Positions 33,301 through 44,031 of a stretch of 44,031 nt of DNA are shown here, piece by piece. The stretch comes from Callorhinchus milii (Eukaryota). The stretch is from the NCBI RefSeq assembly GCF_018977255.1, contig NW_024704842.1, positions 124,001 to 168,031 on the forward strand, written 5' to 3'. Within the stretch, counting starts at the first letter, position 1. Each line of letters opens with the position of its first letter. The position numbers were made by a program, and so were the translations under genes. The notes below the pieces were generated by a model that was not told where the DNA came from, ran no database searches, and saw only the letters and a program-made list of their open reading frames with translations.

Positions 33301-35930
33301 CTTTCTCTACCTCCCAATCTCACTCACTCTCTGTATCTCTCACACTATCTCTCTCTCTCTCTATGTGTCTTTCACAATACCAGTCTGTCTTTCAAATTGT
33401 GTGTCTCAGAATCTTAGTCTCTCTCTCTCTCTCTCCGACTGTCTATTTTAGACTCTTAGATTAGTAGATAAATTGAGGTTCAGTTTGTGCTGTATCGAAG
33501 ACAAATAGTAAAGGTATGGAGACGCCATTGGGAAAGAGAAGTGTATTTCTCCAGATGTTAGGTTCCAGACGAGCTCAATTTAATGTTTAAGGAAGTGTTA
33601 ATATTGGACATAGTGTCAAATGACAAAGGCTGATGTGTGGCTGAAACACTTTCATGGTATTGGCTTAGCATCGTTACCGGACATAAAGCACAACCACACA
33701 GCAAAAAGTGCTAAAATGTTTAATTGCAAATTGAAAATACAACTAAACAGAGCAGCAGATTTTTTTTACCGGAGTTTTGACTCGAAACTTCTCTGGACAG
33801 TAAACTCGCTTGAAATCTCAATAATGCCTTTGAATAATAATAACAATAATAATAGCAATAATATTATATGCATTTCATGTAACGCCTCTTCACGTCTTCG
33901 AGACATTTCAGAGACATATTCAATATTTCAGACAAAACGTTATTCAGAATCAAAGTTCATTTGCGCCAGAGAATGAGAAGGTGGCACTTGAAAGGCAACA
34001 TCTTAATCAGTTGAATAAGCACAACAAATGAGCAACTCTTTCCTTTCTACACCACGAACATTCCCTGAGCAAAACCAGTTTTTTCCACTTCCAACATATT
34101 GATCGCCCCAATCCATTCCTCATATCCACAGCAGCCAAAATGTTCATGCATGCCTTCATAAATTCCCGGCTGGACTAAATCCTGCTCGCTGGTCTCTCCA
34201 GCTCCAACATACCCAAAATGTAAATGAAACAAATCTCAGCTGCCCGTTTTTGACCAGTTTTAAAACGGAGAGAATCTACAACTGTGCCACAGAGCATAAG
34301 AGAGTTGGTCTACGTTTCAGAGCAAAATCCTGCAAACATAGAGCGTAAAGATAAAAGAGTTGCTCCGCGTTTTAATATCCAGAGCAGCTCAATTCAAGCT
34401 GCATGAAATGGATATTATCGGACATGTTGTCAGATGGAAAAAGCTGATGTATAGCTGAACCTCTGTCATGGTGTTAGCTTAGCAAAGATACCGGATATCA
34501 AGCACAAACCGCACAAAACGTCCTTCAAAAAGTGCTCAAACATTCAAATGCAAAAGGGAAAGTGACTAAACAGAAATACAGAATTTCTTCAGCGGAATTT
34601 TTTCTCTATATGTCTTTGGACAGCAAACATACTTAAAATCTCAAATCTGCTTTTTAGCAACAGTAGTAACCATTGCATTTGCTTCAAGACTTCATCGAGA
34701 AGTTTCAGAGAAATATTCTATATTTCATACACGATGTTTTTTGGAATGAAAGTGTGCTTATGCCAGAAAATGAAAAGGTAGCACATCAAACGCACAATCT
34801 TGATCAGAAAAATTTGGAAAACGGGTCAACATCAGCATTGTTTTCTTTCCCGCATTCATTGCTAATCAGACCACTTTTTTCCACCTTTGCCACATTACCT
34901 GTCCCAATCCACACATCACATTCACAGCAGCCGAAACACTCACTGCCGACTGGAAGATTCCGTTGACCTTCTTTCTCGTCTCGCCAGCAACACAATACAC
35001 ATTATTCGATTAATTGAGAGTTCCACAGACCTGCTGCCTTGTCTGCTTTTAAAACATTACAATCAGATAAGGAAGCTGCTCTCCAGCCTGCAAAACATCG
35101 GGTGACCGCAGTTGGAGCTAATATTTCTATATTTCAATGTGCAAGTTTAATAAAATATTAAAAAAATTACATTTGTGTCGCGCTTTCACATCGGAAGATT
35201 AGTTTTTTGTGCAAATTAGTGTAATTCATTTGAAATTTGATGGTAGCATTGCTCACACTTCCAGTCTCTCTCACACACAAACACTGTGACTCTCACACAC
35301 TCTCTCACAATCTGAAGCAGTGTGTCGCTCAAACTCTCAGTCTGTCTATTTCCATATGTGTCTCTGACACTCTCAGTCTCCCTCCATATGTCTCTCTCAA
35401 AGTCTGTATCACACACACACACACACACACACCTTATCTCAAACACTCTCAGTCTCTCTCCACCTGTGTCTCTCAATTTCTCTGTCAAATACAATGTGCC
35501 TCTCTGTCACTCTCCCAATCTCCCTCTCCCTCTGTATCTCTGACACTACCACTCTCAATCTCCCCCTATGAGTCTCTCACACGGTAAGCCTCTCGCAAAT
35601 TTAGTCGCACTCGCTCTCACTCAAACTTATCGTCTGCTTGTCATGGGCTTTAAAATAAGAGGTACAATTGACCTTTATTTGTGTTGTGTTGAAGACAAGT
35701 GTTAAGAAGCCGAGACGTTATCAGGAAGTGAGAAGGGAATTTCTCCAATTGTTATATTCCAGAGCAGCTAAATTTAAGTTGTACGAAAGGGTTAATAATG
35801 AACATGCTTTCAAACGGCAAAAGCTGATGCGTAGCTGAACCACTTTCATGATGTTATCTTAGAAGCTTCTCTCACATTCTGCATCTCTCACACTCTCAAA
35901 TGTCTCGCTCTCATTTTGTGTCTCTGAAGA

Positions 35931-35963
<33 letters not shown>

Positions 35964-36420
35964 GTATCTCTCACACTATCTTTCTCTCTTACGCCCATTT
36001 TCTCTCACATTCTTAGTCTCTCTTTCTCTCTCTTTCTCGATGTGATCTCAGACGCTGTGATAAACTCATGTACATTTTGTACCGTGTTCAGGACAGACCT
36101 TAAAGATCCAGTGATGCTATTTGGGAAAAAGAAGGAATTTTCTCCTGGTATTGGAGTCCAGATAAGCTCAATATTGTACATAGTATGAAACGGTAATGGG
36201 TGATCTGTAGCTGAACTCTGTCATGTTTTCAACTCACCAGCATTACCGGATATAAAGCACAAACCACACAAGCACCTCTTGCGAAAAGGGCTCAAATATT
36301 TAATTGTAAAAGCGAGAAAAACAGCTCAACTGAACAGCAGAAAACTGTATCGGGATGTTGTCTCTACATTTCTCTTGATAGAAACCCGCAATAAGCTTCC
36401 AATTTGCTCTTTAACAATAA
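30380..36420 (+). repeat. Degenerate ~0.8-1.4 kb macrosatellite (about 6-7 units; two more at ~3500-5469)
   Basis: Recurring anchors gctgatgtgtagctgaacc..gtcatggtgtt..ttaccggatat..aagcacaaacc at ~3549, 4705, 30414, 31421, 32635, 33629, 34443, 35823, 36204, each separated by CT/CA-rich sequence. Confidence 0.85.
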
Positions 36421-36975
36421 TAGTAATCTTTGCTTTGGATTTGGCGCCTTATCATGCCTTTTAGAAGTCTCAAAATGCTTCACGTGTTGTACTGTAGATT
36501 TAATTGACTGTGTTTTCACGGGCGCTATATCAAATTCAGGGATTATTATTTTAAAAACAAATCGTATTGACACAGGAATTCACTCGGGGTTCAGAGTTTT
36601 TTTGACACTGTATTATTTAGCAGATGATATAATTATTTGGTTCGTATTTATTATTGTTGTATATAGTCCATTGTGTTGTATGTTCTATACAACATCAGGT
36701 TCCTCCTTTGTAAAGCCCTGGAACGTTGCCCAATGTGGAGTGCGCTTTAAAAAAGCAACTTGTTTTATTTTTTTATGCATAACAATAACCAAATTAATAT
36801 AACAAGAATTATCAGAAGAAGAATAGCAACGAATATATCGCCCTCGATCCACACTGGGCACCGTATCAGTGCCTAATAGTGACGGACACTAACTCCGAGT
36901 CGGGGGAATAATAACAATATTAATCATAATATTAGTTGGTGTGACTCACGTCAATCACTAGTTATCAGTAAAAGA

Positions 36976-37268
36976 GTGGGCGTGTCTCACTTTCCTGTCA
37001 ATCAACTGTTATCAGGGATACAGTGGGCTGTCACACTTTCCTGTCAATCAACATTTACCAGGTAGACAGTGGGCGTGATTCACTTTCCTGTCAATAAACA
37101 GTTAGCAGAGAGACTGTGTGTGTGTCTCTCTTTCCTGTCAATCAACATTTACCAGAGAGTCTGTGGGCGTGTCTCACTTTCCTGTCAATCAACAGTTACC
37201 AGAGAGACTGTGGGCGTGTCTCGCTTTCCTGTCAATCACCAGTTACCAGGGAGAAAGTGGGCGTGTCA
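36976..37268. repeat. 47-nt minisatellite, 6 units plus a partial
   Basis: gtgggcgtgtctcactttcctgtcaatcaacagttaccagagagact starting at 36976, 37023, 37069, 37116, 37163, 37210, 37257. Confidence 0.95.
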
Positions 37269-37749
37269 TACGCTGTCAAGCCAAGGAGCAGTTGTTACGT
37301 TAGGTGGGTGAGAGCCAGAGAAAGAGATACGTGCATACGTTACGTGAGGGGCAGCACAGAGTGTCGACCCGAGAGAGACGAACACAAAGCGGGGAAGCTG
37401 TGCCGTTCAATGTGGCGGACCGAATTGGGGAGCAGTGAAGCGCAGATAGTCAAACACATACACACACACACACGCACACTGAGGCGTGTAGACTTGCGGA
37501 CGACACCGTGTATGCAGTCTGCCTGTCTCCCTACGTCACATACGTGGTGTCGTTAGCGGTGACGTTGTATAATAATTATAATAATCACAATAATAATAAT
37601 GGGCATTTTATACAGCGCCTCATCACGCCTTCGAGACGTCCCAGTGCTGGATACAATATAAGGCGAAGTCAGCATATGTACAGCCGTAGCTTAAGAGCAT
37701 CGAATTATTAAGATTTTTACAAACAATTGCAAGGTCTATTACCCTCGGA

Positions 37750-38460
37750 AAAGTGATGCCAATAGACAGCCAGGCGGGTGCCCACTGACAGAAGGTAAAC
37801 AAAGGCTGGGGGAGAAGTGGCGAAACAGGAATGACTGGGAGGGCAGCAGACTGACAGCCGGGCTGACCATTCCGAAGCTGGGCAATTTTGGAACGAGCCA
37901 ATAGACAGCGTGTTGGCGGGGAGAGAGTTGCGGTTGGAGAAAGAGCGCGGGGCAGGAAGCAGGGGAAGTGATTTTTGGAGACGGGAAGATCAGAGAACGC
38001 AGTATGATTGCCAACTCAATGACCAATCATAAGCTCTGGCTTTGGCGGGCGGGTGACTGAATGGACCAATAGAAAGCGAGTGGGCGGGGAAAGTTTGACG
38101 GTTGGAGAGAGCGTGAGGCAGGAAGGAGAGGAGATGATTGACGTCGACCTGGACCCATCAAAGCTCGGCTACTGATTAATGTACAGACAGACCAATGGGA
38201 AGACCTGACAGTCGGGCGGGTGTTGGAAATGTCCAATGGGGTGCGAATGGGCGGTGACATAATCACGGTTGACCAGGAAGCGGATGGCGTGGAGGATTAG
38301 AGATGATTGACTTACACATGGACCTATCAGAGCACGGTATTCGCTGGACAATTAGACAGACCTATGGAAAGCTCTAGCTGAGGCGACGGATGTTGGGAAT
38401 GAACCAATGAGGAGCGAGTGGGCGGGGACGGAGTAAGGCTTGAAGGAGGAAAACCTCAAA
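37750..38460 (+). promoter_or_regulatory. TATA-less promoter-like region with arrays of CCAAT and GC boxes
   Basis: Seven same-strand CCAAT (37759, 37898, 38023, 38066, 38192, 38233, 38404) and about five GGGCGG within ~700 nt; CpG-rich. Confidence 0.55.
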
Positions 38461-38461
38461 C

Positions 38462-38531
38462 ATGGCCGAGGACCGCCCGGAGAGATCGTGGCCCCGAGCT
38501 GTAAGACAACTGGGGCTGATAGGGGGCTCAG
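38462..38531 (+). CDS. Possible first coding exon of an unidentified plus-strand gene (MAEDRPERSWPRAVRQLGLIGGS)
   Basis: aaacATGG Kozak context right after the CCAAT/GC array, open frame to CAG|GTCAGT donor; no downstream exon found in the window. Confidence 0.3.
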
Positions 38532-38559
38532 GTCAGTGGGAGTGAACGAGAAATTGAGA

Positions 38560-41500
38560 GAGTGTGTGATTGTGGGCGTCAGAATATGTGTGAGTTTGTG
38601 TGTGTGATTGTGAGAGTTTGGGGATGTCTCTGAGAGTCTGTGAGAGTGTATGAATGGGTGAGTGTGATTAATACAACACCATGCAGCACTTTAGTACCCC
38701 ACACACTCCAGTTATAACCCAAACAACCAACGAATACGCCAAACCCCATTGATAAGCTACAGTACATTAGTACCTACATACCGCATTAATAACTACCACA
38801 CCCCACTAATATGCCACGCCTCTGTAATGCCACACACCTTTAACACATAACACAGTATCAATACCCCTCACGACATTAATACCCTACATCCCATTAACAC
38901 CTCATACAGCTCATTGGGACACTGCACACCCAAATAATACATCACCAACTCCAAGTTAAACCCCTGATATACACCTTTCATTAATACCACACAAGCCATT
39001 GATACAACTTACCCCATTAATGCAATACTCCATTAGTACATCATGCTCACCATTAATATCCCAAACTCCACATTAATATTCCAAACACCCCACCAACACT
39101 TCACACATCATTATTATCAAAAATGCACATTAATACCACATAACCCATTAATCCCCGACGTCTCATTAACAACCAGTAACTCATTAATACCACCAACAAC
39201 AACAAGATTACACTGATGTCGCGGCTTTCACGTCGGGAGGACGTCCAAAGACACTGGACACATCCCATCTGCAACCGACACACCATTCTTATTCCAAAAC
39301 GTCATTGATACACCATAAACCATTAATAGAGAACGCCACATTAATAACCGACACCCCATTAGAACCCCACACACGCAAATACTTGCCACACTACTATAAT
39401 AATAACCCAGTGCCCATGAACACCCGACACACCTATTGATACCCAACACACTTGAATAATACTGCACAATCCTTTAGTACCATAAATCCTCTGAATATAA
39501 CACAACCTGTTAATGCCACACACTCTATTTATAACACAAACTCATTTATACCTCACAGTTATAAGCACCACACACTTCACTAATGCCACACAACACTAGT
39601 AGCCCACGCCCCATTTATATCACATTAGTACCCCATATATCCCATTAATACCACGTGCAGCCCCCAAGACCCCACACACACCTTTAGTACCGACAACCCA
39701 TAAATACCCGCACACTACATCAGTACCCAATCCCCATGAGTAGCACACACCTCACTGGTATCCCATACACCAGTAACACCGCTACACACCATTAACACCC
39801 CACACACCAATAAAACCTAATACACCCCATTAATATCCCACAAGTCCATTAATACCGAACACTCCATTAATGCCTCACACACCACAATAATAACTTGCAC
39901 ACAACTAATACCACACAATTTATTCATATCAAACAGATAAATACTCCATAAAATATTGATACCTCAAAATTCATTATTACCACAGAACCGATTAGTAACC
40001 TACGCCCCATTATGGAAACACACAACGCATTATTACCCACAACCTATTAGCACATTACACTCTTCACTGGTATCCCACAACACACAAACAATATCCCACA
40101 CAACGAATTAATGCCACAGAAACCCCATTACAAACGCACTCGTCTACTTTACTCCCACACCCCACTAATTACACACATGCCCTTATTGCCACAAAGAACA
40201 TTAATACCCCATAAACTGTTGATACCACGCGTAACACTAATACCCCAAATATCCCATTGGTACCACACAGACCACATTAAAACCCCACATAACACATACA
40301 AATCCCAAAGACACCATTAATAGCACACACCACATTATTGGCACATACAACATTACCATCACACACCAATGAATAAAATACACCCCATTGATATGGCACA
40401 CCCCAGAACATCCTCACATACCCCATTAATATGCACAAACACCATTAATACCAAAAGCACCACATTAATACTCCACAAACCATTAATACCCCAAACTCCA
40501 TAAATAACCCCACACCATTATTACAGCACACTCCATTGATATCCAACAGCCCATTAATACACCACAACCCATAAGTAAACTACAGCCAAGTAGCACGTCA
40601 CACCCCTCAATACCACAAACACCTTTAGTACCAAAACCCCATTAATACCCACACCAAACTAATCCCCCATAAATTCCAATAATGCCCCACACGCCCAATT
40701 CATACCACAAATACGATTGGATTTTAGATTTTGAATTGTCGTGGCTAGAATTTGGGGTGCAGCAGCATATGTGCTGTGTTTGGCATGCGCTGTAGTTCTA
40801 AATAATAAATAAATACATTCTGAATAAGTAAATTTGTAAACTGGATTTATAAGGTAAGAGCATAGTAAAGATGGTTGTACTTCACTTCATTTCCTAGCCA
40901 GGAAGTAAAGTCAAGACAGGCACCGTTACCATGTGCCTCCTTACAACACGGTTCCTTGATATCTCTTCATATCTGCGGATGTGGACCACATGCGTCAGGG
41001 TGAAACGTTGAGCAAGTTTACTTACACCACACGCCTCATAATAATCCCTCCAAAACAAAGCAACAATAAATTGTTCATTTTCAGTACACGACTGCCTGTG
41101 GGACACTACTGCTCACAATTGGCTGCCGCTTATTGTCCACAAATATATGGTCAATTCTCTTTACAGCATATTCTGTGAAGCGCTTTGAGACGTCTAGAAG
41201 ACGTGAAAAGCGTTATATCAAATTCAAGGGTTATTATTATTATTGTTACATAGCCCGTTAATACCACACGCATAATTAGTACAACATAACCCATTAATTA
41301 CACATACTTTGTCAATACCACACACCATATTCATACCCCACACTCCATTAGTACCCCAACGTCCATTAAATCCCTATAGCCCATAAATAACCCAAACTAT
41401 ATTAATACCCATACACCCCATTAATACCCCCACACAACTTTGATAACCCAAACAACCCATTAATTACTCTACCCGCCTGATAATAATCACTCAAGAAAGA

Positions 41501-44031
41501 AAAAACTTATAATAAATTGGTCAATTCAATCCACGACTCTATCGGATACCGCTATTCGCAATTGGCTGCCAATGTTCAGCACAAATATACAGTCAACTCA
41601 CTTTAAAGTCTATTTCGAGAAGCGCTTTGAGAAGTCCAGTAGACGTGAAAAGCGCTACTTCAAAGGCAAGGATTAGTTTTACTATTAATAATAATATCCT
41701 AAACACTCCATTAAGAACACACCCCCCATTAATAGCATATTAATATCACACAACCCGTTGATACCCCACAAACTCCACTAATACCATACACACCTCAGTA
41801 ATACACTACATCCCGTCAATAAACCACACACCATTAATGCCCCACATCCCGTTTTATACCGCAAACACGATTAATACCCCATACAACCCACTAATACCCT
41901 ACACAAGACATTAATATCCTAAACACCCCATTAATACCACAAAGCACTAATACCCTACAGCACTTTATTAACACGCACCACATTAATTCTCTATACCACA
42001 TTAGTACTCCATGCATAATTAATAACCCACACCCCATTAATACTCCACAAAGAATTAATACCACACAAAACTGATTGCTACACCATATACACCGTGAATA
42101 CCCCACACACCACAGCAAAAACCCACACATCCCATCAATAACACACGCAGCGTTAACACCTACAGCAGATAAATATTCTATACACTATTGATATCACACA
42201 GCACATTAATACCCATACACCCCAAAAGTACAAACAGATCCAATTAATACCAGCATACTCCAATAAAATCCCAAACAACACATTAATACCACACATCCCA
42301 TTATTACCACCAAACAAAATTACAACCAAACAGCCAATTGATAACACACACTCCATTGATAGCACACATCCCATTCATACAACAAACCGCATTAACACTA
42401 TATAGCAGATAAATACCCCATAATATTAACACCATACACCACACTGAAACACATAAAATCCATTAGTACACACAGATCCCATTAATAATCCACCAAAAGT
42501 ATTGAAATCCGAAGCATCATATTAATACCACACACCCCATTATGAGCACATGCAAAAATTAGTAACACTCACCCCAATGATACCGCAGACTCTGTTAACA
42601 TTACGCGTCCCAATAGTACCACAGAGCCCATTATTAAAACTCCACTGGACTCCATACGCCACTAGTACGCCAATTCTCATGAATAGCCCACAAAACATTA
42701 ACACACCACGCCCCGTTAATACCTCACAACCCGTTAATACCACACACCCATTCAACACACCTCTTCATCACCTAACCCGAAACACATAAGTACCCCAAAC
42801 TCCATTGATATCCGACACCACATTAATATCCCACATTTCATTAAAAACCCACAGCCCATTATTAAAATTCTATTAAACTGAATACCCCATTAACACGCCA
42901 CTTCCCATTAATATCCCACACCCAATTACTCCATAAACCATTACTCCATAAACCATTAAAACCCCATGAAGTCTATTAGTTCCTCACACACCACAGTAAT
43001 GGCCCACACACCAGGTTAATGCCTCAATCAACCCATTAGCACTGTAGAGCTACATACAACATTCGACATTTATACCAAAAATTCCGTTAATACCTCACAC
43101 GCCATTAATACACCACATCCAAGAATATAACACACTCTCCATTAATAGTATACACCCCATTAATACCACACAACTCATTAATGCTATACAACCCATTAAT
43201 TCCACTCTCCAATAATATCCCACTGATACCTCACTTCCCATTGATACCTACACCGCACTGAAAAACCATACCTTCTTAATACGCAAATCAGCCCATTAAT
43301 GCTGCACAAACCTCAATAATATTCCACAAACTCCAGAACACACCAATAATAAACAACACACCCCATTAATAATACATATCATATTGATACCACACACAAC
43401 CCATTAATACACAACACAGCTCATTAATACACCACAACATTTATTTTCACACAGTCCATTAACAAACCGTACCCCATTAATATCCCTTACTCTAATATTA
43501 CCAAACATCTCATTAATACCCCATGCACCATTAAGATCCCATTATGTCCCATTAGTATCCCACGCAGCCCATTATTACTCTACACACTCCATTAATATCT
43601 TACACAAACAACTAATACGTCAAATCTCATTGCCTACCCATATCACATAAACATCCAGACCACATTAGTACCCAACACAGCCCATTAATAGCCCATACAT
43701 TTCAATAAAAAGCATACATTTAGCACACCACATGCCATTAATTCTCTCACACTATCAATAGCCCATAAAGGAATTACACCCATACACCAGTGAAACCCAT
43801 ACGCCCCACTAGTACAACACAAACTCCGTTAAAACCCCATTACTACGACACATTCATTAACACCACACACCGCATTAACACAACAAACCCCGTTGATATC
43901 CTAACCACCATTAATAACAAATACACAATCAATACCACACAGACCATTAATACAAAAATGCACAATAACACCATACATCCCATTAATAAACCACAACCAA
44001 TTAATACCCCACGATCCACGAATCCCCACAA
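38560..44031. repeat. Long degenerate AC-rich satellite (ccccattaataccacaca-like), interrupted by SINE tails and ~40720-41250 unique sequence
   Basis: Very many ccattaatac motifs, very low G on the plus strand. Confidence 0.85.

Larger units (their letters stand above)
27067..33410 (+). repeat. Segmental duplication, copy B
   Basis: Same-orientation match to 1-5469 with one extra ~1.1-kb repeat unit (~30615-31700). Confidence 0.95.

Noticed and set aside
36404-36802. 132-aa hydrophobic ORF suggesting a membrane protein
   Set aside because: AT-rich SINE tails and (ATT)n runs; no splice or domain support.

Overview
Eukaryotic, repeat-rich genomic DNA. It is most likely from a cartilaginous fish, inferred from shark-type CR1 3' ends, DeuSINE-like tRNA-Ala SINEs with (ATT)n tails and TCR V sequences. 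The centrepiece is a complete 12-exon minus-strand gene (28671->9838) that I assembled by hand from canonical GT-AG junctions with consistent phases (1851 nt, 616 aa plus stop). Its architecture is: split leader (25+36 nt), 3 group-B SRCR domains, 2 intact LILR/FcR-like Ig domains (a third Ig exon between them is dead), an uncharged TM, and a tail with three Tyr motifs (VTYATV, IIYANL, PIYATV). This looks like a scavenger-receptor/LRC-type hybrid inhibitory receptor. It belongs to a tandem cluster with a period of about 26.9 kb: a paralogue starts at 1812 and runs off the left edge. Two T-cell-receptor alpha/delta V pseudo-segments lie between the two receptor genes, one near-intact with a 23-RSS and one truncated, 1-3 kb from the receptor stop codon. 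The rest is an intronic tRNA-Ala-like gene, LINE/SINE fragments, several mini- and macrosatellites, a CCAAT/GC-box promoter-like region near 38 kb, and a 30-N assembly gap at 5470-5499. All alignments and translations were done by eye; no database searches were run.
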